Source: Eledone cirrhosa
Taxonomy: Eukaryota
Assembly (NCBI GenBank): GCA_964016885.1
Contig: CAXHJY010001129.1
Span: 1-64,000, forward strand
Length of the DNA: 64,000 nucleotides
Reading direction: 5' to 3'
Part shown: positions 1-13,321 of the stretch, piece after piece
How the letters are laid out: each line of letters begins with the position of its first letter
Position numbering within the stretch: the stretch's first letter is position 1
The notes under the pieces: model-generated
The model's database searches: none
What the model was told of the DNA's origin: nothing
Seen by the model: the letters and a program-made list of their open reading frames with translations, nothing else
Translations under genes and position numbers: made by a program

Positions 1-3000
1 AGTTGATGCTGTGGTGTTGGCAGTAGTGGTTGTAGTGGTTGTGGTGGTGGTGGGTGTTGGTGGTGGTGGAGGTGGTAGTAGTTGATGCTGTGGTGTTGGC
101 AGTAGTGGTGGTGGTGGTGTTGGTGGTTGTGGTGGGGTGGAGGTGGTAGTAGTTGATGCTGTGGTGTTGGCAGTAGTGGTTGTAGTGGTTGTGGTGGTGT
201 TGGTGGTAGTGGTTGTGTGGTGGAGGTGGTAGTAGTTGATGCTGTGGTGTTGGCAGTAGTGGTGTAGGGTTGTGGTGGTGGTGGTGGTTGGTGGTGGTGG
301 AGGTGGTAGTAGTTGATGCTGTGGTGTTGGCAGTAGTGGTTGTGTGGTGTGGTGGTGGTGTTGGTAGTGGTTGTGGTGTGGAGGTGGTAGTAGTTGATGC
401 TGTGGTGTTGGCAGTAGTGGTTGTAGTGGTGTGTGGTGGTGGTGTTGGTGGTAGTGGTTGTGGTGGTGGAGGTGGTAGTAGTTGATGCTGTGGTGTTGGC
501 AGTAGTGGTTGTAGTGGTTGTGGTGGTGTTGGTGGTAGTGGTTGTGGGGTGGAGGTGGTAGTAGTTGATGCTGTGGTGTTGGCAGTAGTGGTTGTGGTGG
601 TGGTGGTGGTGTTGGTGTTAGTGGTTGTGGTGGTGGTGGTAGTAGTTGATGCTGTGGTGTTGGCAGTAGTGGTTGTAGTGGTTGTGGTGGTGGTGGTGTT
701 GGTGGTAGTGGTTGTGGTGGTGGAGGTGGTAGTAGTTGATGCTGTGGTGTTGGCAGTAGTGGTTGTAGTGGTTGTGGTGGTGGTGGTGTTGGTGGTAGTG
801 GGTTGTAGTGTGTTGTGGTGGTGTTGGTGGTAGTGTTGTGGTTGTGGAGGTGGTAGTAGTTGATGCTGTGGTGTTGCAGTAGTGGTTGTAGTGGTTGTGG
901 TTGTGTGTGGTGTTGGCAGTAGTGGTTGTAGTGGTTGGTGGTGTTGGTGGTAGTGGTTGTGGTGGTGAGGTGGTAGTAGTTGATGCTGTGGTGTTGGCAG
1001 TAGTGGTTGTAGTGGTTGTGAGTGGTTGGTGGTAGTGGTTGTGGTGGTGGAGGTGGTAGTAGTTGATGCTGTGGTGTTGGCAGTAGTGGTAGTGGTTGTG
1101 GTGGTGGTGTGTTGGTGGTTGTGGTGGTGGAGGTGGTAGTAGTTGTGTTGGTGGTTGAGTTTGGTTGTAGTGGTTGTACGGTGTGGTGGTTGCAGTGTAG
1201 GGTTGTGGTGGTGGAGGGTGGTAGTAGTTGATGCTGTGGTGTTGGCAGTAGTGGTTGTAGTGGTTGGTGGAGTGTGTGGTGGTGGAGGTGGTAGTAGTGA
1301 TGCTGTGGTGTTGGCAGTAGTGGTTGTAGTGGTTGTGGTGGTGGTGTGTTGTGGTTGTGGTGGTGGAGGTGGTAGTAGTTGATGCTGTGGTGTTGGCAGT
1401 AGTGGTTGTAGGGTTTTGGTGTGGTGGTGTTGGTGGTAGTGGTTGTGGGTGGTGGAGGTGGTAGTAGTTGATGCTGTGGTGTTGGCAGTAGTGGTTGTGT
1501 GGTGGTGGTGGTGGTGTTGGTGGTGTGGTTGTGGTGGTGGTAGTAGTTGATGCTGTGGTGTTGGCAGTAGTGGTTGTAGTGGTTGTGGTGGTGGTGGTGT
1601 TGGTGGTAGTGGTTGTGGTGGTGGATGTGGTAGTAGTTGATGCTGTGGTGTTGGCAGTAGTGGTTGTAGTGGTTGTGGTGGTGGTGGTGTTGGTGGTGGT
1701 GTGGTGGTGGAGGTGGTAGTAGTTGATGCTGTGGTGTTGGCAGTAGTGGTTGTGGTGGTTGTGGTGGTGGTGGTGTTGGTGGTAGTGGTTGTGGTGGTGG
1801 AGGTGGTAGTAGTTGATGCTGTGGTGTTGGCAGTAGTGGTTGTAGTGTTGTGGTGGTGGTGGTAGTGGTTGTGGTGGTGGAGGTGGTAGTAGTTGATGCT
1901 GTGGTGTTGGCAGTAGTGGTTGTGGTGGTTGTGGCGTGGTGGTGTTGGTGGTAGTGGTTGTGGTGGTGGAGGTGGTAGTAGTTGATGCTGTGGTGTTGGC
2001 AGAAGTGGTGTAGTGGTTGTGGTGGTGGTGGTGTTGGTGGTTGTGGTTGTGGTGGTGGAGTGGTAGTAGTTGATGCTGTGGTGTTGGCAGTAGTGGTTGT
2101 AGTGGTTGTGGTGGTGGTGGTGTTGGTGGTAGTGGTTGTGGTGGTGGAGGTGGTAGTAGTTGATGCTGTGGTGTTGGCAGTAGGTGGTGTGTAGTGGTTG
2201 TGGTGGTGTTGGTGGTAGTGGTTGTTGGTGGTGTGTGGTGGTGGTGGTGGTGGTTGTGGTGGTGGAGGTGGTAGTAGTTGATGCTGTGGTGTTGGCAGTA
2301 GTGGTTGTAGTGGTTGTGGTGGTGGTGGTGGTAGTAGTTGATGCTGTGGTGTTGGCAGTAGTGGTTGTAGTGGTTGTGTGGTGGTGGTGGTGTTGGTGGT
2401 AGTGGTTGTGGTGGTGGAGGTGGTAGTAGTTGATGCTGTGGTGTTGGCAGTAGTGGTTGTGGTGGTTGTGGTGGTGGTGGTGGATGTGGTGGGTTGTGGT
2501 TGTGGTGGTGGAGGTGGTAGTAGTTGATGCTGTGGTGTTGGCAGTAGTGGTTGTAGTGGTTGTGGTGGTGTTGGTGGTAGTGGTTGTGGTGGTGGAGGTG
2601 GTAGTAGTTGATGCTGTGGTGTTGGCAGTAGTGGTTGTAGTGGTTGTGGTGGTGGTGGTGTTGGTGGTAGTGGTTGTGGTGGTGGAGGTGGTAGTAGTTG
2701 ATGCTGTGGTGTTGGCAGTAGTGGTTGTAGTGGTTGTGGTGGTGGTGGTGTTGGTGGTTGTGGTGGTGGAGGTGGTAGTAGTTGATGCTGTGGTGTTGGC
2801 AGTAGTGGTTGTAGTGGTTGTGGTGGTGGTGGTGTTGGTGGTAGTGGTTGTGGTGGTGGTGGTGGTAGTAGTTGATGCTGTGGTGTTGGCAGTAGTGGTT
2901 GTAGTGGTTGTGGTGGTGGTGGTGGTGTTGGTGGTAGTGGTTGTGGTGGTGGTAGTAGTTGATGCTGTGGTGTTGGCAGTAGTGGTTGTAGTGGTTGTGG

Positions 3001-5790
3001 TGGTGTTGGTGGTAGTGGTAGTGGTTGTGGTGGTGGTAGTAGTTGATGCTGTGGTGTTGGCAGTAGTGGCAGTAGTGGTTGTAGTGGTTGTGGTGGTGTT
3101 GGTGGTAGTGGTAGTGGTTGTGGTGGTGGTAGTAGTTGATGCTGTGGTGTTGGCAGTAGTGGCAGTAGTGGTTGTGGTGGTGGTGGTGTTGGTGGTAGTG
3201 GTTGTGGTGGTGGAGGTGGTAGTAGTTGATGCTGTGGTGTTGGCGGTAGTGGTTGTGGTGGTTGTGGTGGTGGTGGTGTTGGTGGTAGTGGTGGTGATGG
3301 TGGAGGTGGTAGTAGTTGATGCTGTGGTGTTGGCAGTAGTGGTTGTAGTGGTTGTGGTGGTGGTGGTGGTGTTGGTGGTAGTGGTTGTGGTGGTGGAGGT
3401 GGTAGTAGTTGATGCTGTGGTGTTGGCAGTAGTGGTTGTAGTGGTTGTGGTGGTGGTGGTGGTGTTGGTGGTAGTGGTTGTGGTGGTGGAGGTGGTAGTA
3501 GTTGATGCTGTGGTGTTGGCAGTAGTGGTTGTAGTGGTTGTGGTGGTGGTGGTGGTGTTGGTGGTAGTGGTTGTGGTGGTGGAGGTGGTAGTAGTTGATG
3601 CTGTGGTGTTGGCAGTAGTGGTTGTAGTGGTTGTGGTGGTGGTGGTGGTGTTGGTGGTAGTGGTTGTGGTGGTGGAGGTGGTAGTAGTTGATGCTGTGGT
3701 GTTGGCAGTAGTGGTTGTAGTGGTTGTGGTGGTGGTGGTGTTGGCAGTAGTGGTTGTAGTGGTTGTGGTGGTAGTAGTTGATGCTGTGGTTGTAGTGGTT
3801 GTGGTGGTGGTGGTGTTGGTGGTAGTGGTTGTGGTAGTGGAGGTGGTAGTAGTTGCTGCTGTGGTGTTGGCAGTAGTGGTTGTGGTGGTTGTGGTGGTGG
3901 TGGTGTTGGTGGTGGTAGTGGTTGTGGTGGTGGAGGTGGTAGTAGTTGATGCTGTGGTGTTGGCAGTAGTGGTTGTAGTGGTTGTGGTGGTGGTGGTGTT
4001 GGTGGTAGTGGTAGTGGAGGTGGAGGTGGTAGTAGTTGATGCTGTGGTGTTGGCAGTAGTGGTTGTAGTGGTTGTGGTGGTGTTGGTGGTAGTGGTTGTG
4101 GTGGTGGAGGTGGTAGTAGTTGATGCTGTGGTGTTGGCAGTAGTGGTTGTGGTGGTGGTGGTGGTGTTGGTGGTAGTGGTTGTGGAGGTGGTAGTAGTTG
4201 ATGCTGTGGTGTTGGCAGTAGTGGTTGTAGTGGTTGTGGTGGTGGTGGTGTTGGTGGTGGTAGTGGTTGTGGTGGTGGAGGTGGTAGTAGTTGATGCTGT
4301 GGTGTTGGCAGTAGTGGTTGTGGTGGTGGTGGTGGTGTTGGTGGTAGTGGTTGTGGTGGTGGTAGTAGTTGATGCTGTGGTGTTGGCAGTAGTGGTTGTG
4401 GTGGTGGTGGTGTTGGTGGTAGTGGTTGTGGTGGTGGATGTGGTAGTAGTTGATGCTGTGGTGTTGGCAGTAGTGGTTGTAGTGGTTGTGGTGGTGGTGG
4501 TGGTGTTGGTGGTAGTGGTTGTGGTGGTGGAGGTGGTAGTAGTTGATGCTGTGGTGTTGGCAGTAGTGGTTGTGGTGGTGGTGGTGGTGTTGGTGGTAGT
4601 GGTTGTGGTGGTGGTAGTAGTTGATGCTGTGGTGTTGGCAGTAGTGGTTGTGGTGGTGGTGGTGTTGGTGGTAGTGGTTGTGGTGGTGGATGTGGTAGTA
4701 GTTGATGCTGTGGTGTTGGCAGTAGTGGTTGTAGTGGTTGTGGTGGTGGTGGTGTTGGTGGTAGTGGTTGTGGTGGTGGAGGTGGTAGTAGTTGATGTTG
4801 GTGGTGATGGTAGTGGTTGTAGTGGTGGTGGTTGTGGTGGTGGTGGTGGTGGTGGTGGTGGAGGTGGTAGTAGTTGATGCTGTGGTGTTGGCAGTAGTGG
4901 TTGTAGTGGTTGTGGTGGTGGTGGTGTTGGTGGTAGTGGTTGTGGTGGTGGATGTGGTAGTAGTTGATGCTGTGGTGTTGGCAGTAGTGGTTGTAGTGGT
5001 TGTGGTGGTGGTGGTGTTGGTGGTAGTGGTTGTGGTGGTGGAGGTGGTAGTAGTTGATGTTGGTGGTGATGGTAGTGGTTGTAGTGGTGGTGGTGGTGGT
5101 TGTGGTGGTGGTGGTGGTGGTGCTTGTGTTTGTGGTGGTGGTGGTAGTGGTTGTGTTACTGGTGGTGATGGTTTTGTTGGAGGTGGTAGTATTTGATGCT
5201 GTGGTGTTGGCAGTAGTGGTTGCAGTGGTGGTGGTGGTGGTGGTGGTGGTGGTGTTTGTGGTGGTGGTGGTGGTGGTGGTGGTAGTGGTTGTGGTGGTGG
5301 TGTTGGTGTTGGCAGTAGTGTTGGTGGTGTTTTTGGTGGTGGTTGTAGTGGTGGTGGTGGTGTTAGTGGTGGTGGTGGTGGTAGTGGTTGTGGTGGTGGT
5401 GGTGTTGGTGTTGGTGGTGTTTGTGGCAGTAGTGATGGTGGTGGTGTTAGTGGTGGTGGTGGTGGTTGTGGTGGTGTTGGTGGTGTTTGTGGCAGTAGTG
5501 ATGGTGGTAGTGTTAGTGGTGTAGGTGGTGGTGGTGTAAGTGTTGGTGGTTGTGGTGGTGGTGGTGTAGTGTTGGTGGTGGTGTTAGTGGTGGTGGTAGT
5601 GGTAGTGGTTGTGGTGGTGTTGGTGGTGTTTGTGGCAGTAGTGTTGGTGGTGTTTGTGGCAGTAGTGTTGGTGGTGTTTGTGGCAGTAGTGTTGGTGGTG
5701 GTAGTGGTATTAGTGTTGGTGGTGGTGGTGGTAGTGCTGGTGGTAGTGGTGTTGGTGGTAGTGGTAGTGGTTGTGGTGGTGATGTTTGTA
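1..5790. repeat. (GTG/GTA/GTT)n compound satellite with ~65-95 bp higher-order unit
   Basis: Recurrent anchor gtagtagttgatgctgtggtgttggcagtagtgg. Confidence 0.95.
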
Positions 5791-5886
5791 AAACTCATTT
5801 ACTGACAAGACAGGAAAGGTAGGGCAGATAGATGACTAAACTACATGTATGTCAACACACAACTCTGTGTGTACATACATACATAT

Positions 5887-6875
5887 ATCATCATCACCAT
5901 CACCATCATCATCAACGTTTTACATCCCTTCTTCCACGCTAGCATGGGTTAGACGGGTTGTCCTGTTGTGGGCAGTGTCCGATCGGCTGACCTTGTCTTG
6001 CTCACACGGGAACTGATTCTGGCTTGATTTCTACAGCTGGATGCCCTTCCTAACACCAACCTCATTTACAGTGAGTGCTGGGTGCTTTTTTTGCCGTGGC
6101 ACCTCCACGACCACTTTACAGTGTGGGCTGGGTGCTTTTTTGCCGTGGCACCTCCACGACCACTTTACAGTGAGTGCTGGGTGCTTTTTTGCCGTGGCAC
6201 CTCCACGACCACTTTACAGTGAGAGCTGGGTGCTTTTTTTGCCATGGCACCTCCACGACCACTTTACAGTGTGGGCTGGGTGCTTTTTTTGCCGTGGCAC
6301 CTCCACGACCACTTTACAGTGAGTGCTGGGTGCTTTTTTTGCCGTGGCACCTCCACGACCACTTTACAGTGTGGGCTGGGTGCTTTTTTTGCCGTGGCAC
6401 CTCCACGAACACTTTACAGTGAGTGCTGGGTGCTTTTTTTGCCGTGGCACCTCCACGACCACTTTACAGTGAGTACTGGGTGCTTTTTTGCCGTGGCACC
6501 TCCACGACCACTTTACAGTGAGTGCTGGGTGCTTTTTTGCCGTGGCACCTCCACGACCACTTTACAGTAAGTGCTGGGTGCTTTTTTACCGTGAGGGCTG
6601 GGTGCTTTTTTTGCCGTGGCACCTCCACGACCACTTTACAGTGAGTGCTGGGTGCTTTTTTGCCGTGGCACCTCCACGACCACTTTACAGTGAGTGCTGG
6701 GTGCTTTTTTTGCCGTGGCACCTCCACGACCAATTTACAGTGAGTGCTGGGTGCTTTTTTTGCCGTGGCACCTCCACGACCTCTTTACAGTGAGTGCTGT
6801 GTGCTTTTTTGCCGTGGCACCTCCACGACCACTTTACAGTGAGTGCTGGGTGCTTTTTTGCCGTGGCACCTCAAC
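5887..6875 (-). mobile_element. RTE 3' end with ~16 tandem 49-50 bp units
   Basis: (CAT)n tail and RTE 3' UTR, then an array of tttacagtgagtgctgggtgcttttttgccgtggcacctccacgaccac. Confidence 0.88.
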
Positions 6876-6943
6876 GTGTGTGTGTATATATATATATATA
6901 TCATCATCATCATCGTTTAACGTCTATCTTCCACGCTAGCATA

Positions 6944-7958
6944 CCATGCTTTGACGCATCGAGTTACAGCCCTTGCCATTGTGAGTTCAAATCCCGCCAA
7001 GGTTAACTTTGCCTTTCATCCTTACGGGGGTCGATAAAATAAAGTACCAGTAATACACTGGGGCAATTGCTGGCCTTGTGCCTAAAGTAGAAACAGTTAT
7101 TACGGGGTCAGTAAAATAAAGTACCAGTAATACACTGGGGTAATTGCTGGCCTTGTGCCCCCAAAAGTAGAAACAATTATTACAGGGTCGGTAAAATAAA
7201 GTACCAGTAATACACTGGGGTAATTGCTGGCCTTGTGCCCCCAAAAGTAGAAACAATTATTACAGGGTCGGTAAAATAAAGTACTAGTAATACACTGGGG
7301 TAATTTGCTGGCCTTGTGCCAAATGTACAAACAATTATTACGGGGTCGATAAAATAAAGTACCAGTAATACACTGGGGTAATTGCTGGCCTTGTGCCTAA
7401 AGTAGAAACAGTTATTACGGGGTCAGTAAAATAAAGTACCAGTAATACACTGGGGTAATTGCTGGCCTTGTGCCTAAAGTAGAGACAATTATTACAGGGT
7501 CGGTAAAAAAATAAAGTACCAGTAATACACTGGGGTAATTGCTGGCCTTGTGCCAAAAGTAGAAACAATTATTACGGGGTCGATAAAATAAAGTACCAGT
7601 AATACACTGGGGTAATTTGCTGGCCTTGTGCCAAATGTACAAACAATTATTACGGGGTCGATAAAATAAAGTACCAGTAATACACTGGGGTAATTTGCTG
7701 GCCTTGTGCCAAATGTACAAACAATTATTACGGGGTCGATAAAATAAAGTACCAGTAATACACTGGGAAATTGTTGGCCTTGTGCCTAATGTAGAAACAA
7801 TTATTACGGGGTCGATAAAATAAAGTACCAGTAATACACTGGGAAATTGTTGGCCTTGTGCCTAATGTAGAAACAATTATTACGGGGTCGATAAAATAAA
7901 GTACCAGTAATACACTGGGGAAATTGCTGGCCTTGTGCCTAAAGTAGAAACAATTATT
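6944..7958 (+). mobile_element. SINE family B with ~12 tandem 77-80 bp 3' units
   Basis: B box gagttcaaatccc, core ctttgcctttcatccttacggggtcgataaaataaagtaccag, repeated 3' segment. Confidence 0.85.
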
Positions 7959-8077
7959 AAAATCTATCAAGGATCATTTTGCTGTTAAATTAATATTTAT
8001 CTCATCACTAGATAGATCCATGTGTTTATATGCATATGATAGCTCCTTATTTAGTAGGTTAGGAGTTATTGAGAAAT

Positions 8078-9157
8078 AATTGTTTCTACTTTAGGCACAA
8101 GGCCAGCAAATATTCAGTGTATTACTGGTACTTTATTTTATCAACCCTGTAATAGCTGTTTCTACTTTTGGGGGCACAGGGCCAGCAATTACCCAGTGTA
8201 TTACTGGTACTTTATTTTATCGACCCTGTAATAACTGTTTCTACTTTTGGGGGCACAGGGCCAGCAATTACCCCAGTGTATTACTGGTACTTTATTTTAT
8301 CAACCCTGTAATAACTGTTTCTACTTTTGGGGGCACAAGGCCAGCAATTACCCCAGTGTATTACTGGTACTTTATTTTATCGACCCTGCAATAACTGTTT
8401 CTACTTTTGGGGGCACAGGGCCAGCAAATACCCCAGTGTATTACTGGTACTTTATTTTATCAACCCTGTAATAACTGTTTCTACTTTTGGGGGCACAAGG
8501 CCAGCAATTACCCCAGTGTATTACTGGTACTTTATTTTATCGAACCTGTAATAATTGTTTCTACTTTTAGGGGCACAGGGCCAGCAATTACTCCATTGTA
8601 TTACTGGTACTTTATTTTACTGACCCCGTAATAATTGTTTCTACTTTTGGCACAAGGCCAGCAATTACCCCAGTGCATTACTGGTACTTTATTTTATCCC
8701 TGTCTCCAGAAATAATGATATTTGTTTATTGAAAAAAACCCAACAAAGATTTAATATAATCGGTCGGTTTGGGAACAGGTTTTGAATTGACTAAGCTGAT
8801 AGAATAGTAGTAGTATTGATAAATAATTGTTTCTACTTTAGGCACAAGGCCAGCAATTACCCCAGTGCATTACTGGTACTTTATTTTATCCCCCCCCTCC
8901 AGAAATAATTGTTTCTACTTTAGGCACAAGGCCAGCAAATACCCAGTGCATTACTGGTACTTTATTTTATCCCCCTCTCCAGAAATAATTGTTTCTACTT
9001 TAGGCACAAGGCCAGCAATTACCCAGTGCATTACTGGTACTTTATTTTATCGACCCCGTAAGGATGAAAGGCAAAGTTAACCTTGACGGGATTTGAACTC
9101 AGACCATAAAGGGACGTAACTATGCTGGAAAGCATGGCGTCCGACCCTCTACCGATT
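8078..9157 (-). mobile_element. SINE family B arrays (inverted relative to 6944-7958)
   Basis: Reverse-complement units; head at 9060-9157. Confidence 0.85.
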
Positions 9158-9238
9158 GATAAATAATGACTTGCTATATCCGTTTGAATGAATTTATAAT
9201 TATTTTTATGTTTGATATAATTGAACCAATAAATCAGT

Positions 9239-10074
9239 GGAGGTACATGGCTTAGTGGTTAGAGCATTGGCCTTGCAATCGAAAGGTTGTGAGTTCAATT
9301 CTCAGACCGGGTGATGTGTTGTTTCCTTGAGCAAGACACTTTATTTCACATTGCTCCAGTTTACTCAGCTGTAGAAATGAGATGATAAGGACTGGGGTCC
9401 CTATCATTCCACTGCAAAGTGGTCGTGGAGGTGCCATGGCAAAAAGGCACCCAGCACTCACTGTAAAGTGGTCGTGGAGGTGCCACGGCAAAAAAGCACC
9501 CAGCCCTCACTGTAAAGTGGTCGTGGAGGTGCCACGGCAAAAAAGCACCCAGCCCTCACTGTAAAGTGGTCGTGGAGGTGCCACGGCCAAAAAGCACCCA
9601 GCCCTCACTGTAAAGTGGTCGTGGAGGTACCACGGCAAAAAAGCACCCAGCCCTCACTGTAAAGTGGTCGTGGAGGTACCACGGCAAAAAAGCACCCAGC
9701 CCTCACTGTAAAGTGGTCGTGGAGGTGCCACGGCAAAAAAGCACCCAGCCCTCACTGTAAAGTGGTCGTGGAGGTGCCACGGCAAAAAAGCACCCTGCCC
9801 TCACTGTAAAGTGGTCGTGGAGGTGCCACGGCAAAAAAGCACCCAGCACTCACTGTAAAGTGGTCGTGGAGGTGCCACGGCCAAAAAAGCACCCAGCCCT
9901 CACTGTAAAGTGGTCGTGGAGGTGCCACGGCAAAAAAGCACCCAGCACTCACTGTAAATGAGGTTGGTGTTAGGAAGGGCGTCCAGCTGTAGAAATCAAG
10001 CCAGCATCAGTTTCCGTCCCACCCTTGCAAGCAGGGAAAAAGCGGACGTAAAATGAAATGATGATGATGATGAT
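9239..10074 (+). mobile_element. tRNA-derived SINE family A with ~11 internal 49-bp tandem units
   Basis: A box TGGCTTAGTGG, B box GAGTTCAATTC, ccttgagcaagacact body, RTE-like 3' end, (GAT)n. Confidence 0.9.
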
Positions 10075-10406
10075 ATCACTTCACTAATGCCCTTTCATAG
10101 GTGTAGCATTGACCTAAATTTAAGTTTTGGTAAAATACTATCTATTATATTTTTTTTACTAATTATTCCAAGATCTGATTTAGAGGGTGCTATAAGTCTA
10201 ACTGGTAAGTCCTCTTCAAAATTTATTTTATGGTCTTTAAGATTTATCCACGTTTGCTTTGGTATGAGAGGTAAGTTTCTGCTCTATTCCAAGATTGGTG
10301 ATTATTTTGAATTCATCATTATTAATATCCAATAAATCCTTACTTGGGCCTTTTTTATAATTTTTCCTCAATTCTTTTAAAATTATGTTCTTATATTTTG
10401 TTCTTT

Positions 10407-10459
<53 letters not shown>

Positions 10460-10475
10460 AATATATATATATATG

Positions 10476-10509
<34 letters not shown>

Positions 10510-10552
10510 AATATATATATATATGTAAATATATATATATATATATATGTAA

Positions 10553-10591
<39 letters not shown>

Positions 10592-10749
10592 TATGTAAAT
10601 ATATATATGTAAATATATATATATATGTAAATATATATATGAAAATATATATATATATATATATATATGTAAATATATATATGTAAATATATATATATAT
10701 ATGTAAATATATATATGTAAATATATATATATATGTAAATATATATATG

Positions 10750-10787
<38 letters not shown>

Positions 10788-11001
10788 TAAATATATATAT
10801 GAAAATATATATATATATATATATATGTAAATATATATATGAAAATATATATATATATATATATATGAAAAGATATATATATATATATATATATATGTAA
10901 ATATATGAAAATATATATATATATGAAAATATATATATGTAAATATATATTTAAAACTGCACTATCCACAAGTGTTTTTTAGCCTTCATATCATGTTCTC
11001 C

Positions 11002-11072
11002 TGTTTTATCTGATGAAAACACAAATATTATTGCATGATGATGTTTGTTTTTGAAATGCGCATAATAAAATA
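11002..11072 (+). ncRNA. Minimal type-I hammerhead ribozyme motif
   Basis: tgttttat CTGATGA [stem II] GAA atgcgcat A ataaaata; palindromic stem III. Confidence 0.7.
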
Positions 11073-11227
11073 CATGGAACTCCTTTAACCATCTTTTGAT
11101 CTTATATATTATGTATACTCCAGTCCTACAAACTGTAGAGTGCTTCTTATCCGATATCTGCATTGCTTTATTGTACTACAATAAAACTCACCTCCTACAC
11201 TATATGAAAATATATATATATATATAT

Positions 11228-11260
<33 letters not shown>

Positions 11261-11303
11261 AATATATATATATATGTAAATATATATATCTATATAGATC
11301 TAC

Positions 11304-11339
<36 letters not shown>

Positions 11340-11419
11340 GTAAATATATATATCTATATAGATCTACATATATATATTTATATATATGTAAATATATATG
11401 TATATATATATATACATAT

Positions 11420-12459
11420 CTATCTAGGGGGGGGTTAAATTCCCGAGATCCATGGACGAGTTCTCTCCAGTGGTCTCTGTCCCTCATTATCGCTGCCATG
11501 TCCTGCGTCTCCAACAGACCAGTGTCTCTCCTTAGGGCATCAACATATGTCAACCTCGATCTCCCTCTTCCAGTGTGTCCATGTAGGGGCTCCCAGAGGA
11601 GCACTGAGTGCAGTGTCAACTCTGGATGTCGGTGAGCATGTCCAGCTAACCTCAGTCTCCCTCTTCCAGTGTGTCCATGTAGGGGCTCCCACAGGAGCAC
11701 TGAGTGCAGTGTCAACTCTGGATGTCGGTGAGCATGTCCAGCTAACCTCAGTCTCCCTCTTCCAGTGTGTCCATGCAGGGGCTCCCACAGGTGCACTGAG
11801 TGCAGTGTCAACTCTGGATGTCGGTGAGCATATCCAGCTAACCTCAGTCTCCCTCTTCCAGTGTGTCCATGTAGGGGCTCCCAAAGGAGTACTGAGTGCA
11901 GTGTCAACTCTGGATGTCGGTGAGCATATCCAGCTAACCTCAGTCTCCCTCTTCCAGTGTGTCCATGCAGGGGCTCCCAAAGGAGTACTGAGTGCAGTGT
12001 CAACTCTGGATGTCGGTGAGCATGTCCAGCTAACCTCAGTCTCCCTCTTCCAGTGTGTCCATGCAGGGGCTCCCACAGGAGCACTGAGTGCAGTGTCAAC
12101 ACTGGATGTCGCTGAGCATGTCCAGCTAACCTCAGTCTCCTCTGTGTCACTTTTAAGCTGACCTTTGGGATGCTCCCATACAGCTCTGAGTCCTTCATCC
12201 TCAGTGTATACTAATTAATGTTCAGAGCCATCCTCACCATTCTCGTGTAGCACCCCTCCACCATCTGAGTGAGTTTCTGGGTCAGTGTGCAAGTCTCAAA
12301 CCCGTACAGCAGCACAGACTCCACTATAGCAATGAAGAGGCAGATCTTCAGGTCTTTACGAAGGTCCGACTTCCACACCGATCTCAAGCTGTGGCACGCC
12401 GCCCAGGCTCTGCTCTACCTCTCAACCACATCATCTTCCGTATTCCCAATCTTTGCCCC

Positions 12460-12460
<1 letters not shown>
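11420..12460 (-). mobile_element. Third LINE family (RTE/RTE-X-like) 3' fragment with six in-frame 96-bp repeats
   Basis: [32 protein letters not shown]...[11 protein letters not shown]...MRDRDHWR is an RTE-type ORF C-terminus. Confidence 0.85.
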
Positions 12461-12525
<65 letters not shown>

Positions 12526-12977
12526 GGAGGCACATGGCTTAGTGGTTAGAGCATTGGCCTTGCAATCAAAAGGTTGTGAGTTCAATTCTCAGCCCGGGTG
12601 ATGTGTTGCTCCAGTTTACTCAGCTGTAGAAATGAGATGATAGGGACTGGGGTCCATATCATTCCACTGTAAAGTGGTCGTGGAGGTGCCACGGCAAAAA
12701 AGCACCCAGCACTCACTGTAAAGTGGTCGTGGAGGTGCCACAGCAAAAAAGCACCCAGCACTCACTGTAAAGTGGTCGTGGAGGTGCCACGTCAAAAAAG
12801 CACCGAGCACTCACTGTAAAGTGGTCGTGGAGGTGCCACGGCAAAAAAGCACCCAGCACTCACTGTAAATGAGGTTGGTGTTAGGAAGGGCATCCAGCTG
12901 TAGAAATCAAGCCAGAATCAGTTCCCGTCCCACCCTTGCAAGCAGGGAAAAGCAGACGTACAATGATGATGATGATG
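12526..12977 (+). mobile_element. SINE family A (4 internal units)
   Basis: Same head and tail as 9239-10074. Confidence 0.9.
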
Positions 12978-12985
12978 TATATATA

Positions 12986-13310
12986 CTGATCCTGGCTTGA
13001 TTTCTACAGCTGGATACCCTTCCTAACACCAACCTTATTTACAGTGAGTGCTGGGTGCTTTTTTGCTGTGGCACCTCCACGGCCACTTTACAGTGTGGGC
13101 TGGGTGCTTTTTTGCCGTGGCACCTCCACGACCACTTTACAGTGGAATGATAGGGACCCCAGTCCTTATCATCTCATTTCTACAGCTGAGTAAACTGGAG
13201 CTATGTGAAATAAAGTGTCTTGCTCAAGGAAACAACACATCACCCGGTCTGAGAATTGAACTCACAACCTTTCGATTGCAAGGCCAATGCTCTAACCACT
13301 AAGCCATGTG
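12986..13310 (-). mobile_element. SINE family A, 3'-truncated, tail-to-tail with previous copy
   Basis: Reverse complement of the family A head and body. Confidence 0.88.
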
Positions 13311-13321
13311 TATATATATAT

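Larger units (their letters stand above)
7958..10390 (-). pseudogene. Penelope-like element reverse transcriptase remnant in three pieces (10390-10076, 9237-9158, 8077-7958) split by SINE insertions
   Basis: Hand translation gives [40 protein letters not shown] / LIYWFNYIKHKNNYKFIQTDIASHYLS / SITPNLLNKELSYAYKHMDLSSDEINI. This is collinear with the PLE RT pattern LKDHK.NF...RLI.P.KS..G.ISK...WF..I..K...F...DI...Y.SI, recalled from memory; stops present. Confidence 0.75.

Noticed and set aside
618-5798. 1726-aa Thr/Pro/His-rich ORF (mucin- or His-rich-like) and poly-Val ORFs on +
   Set aside because: (CAC)n-type DNA lacks stops in most frames. The ORF drifts between T, P and H registers through indels, so there is no frame constraint. 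A minus-strand AG at ~5803 is not enough evidence.
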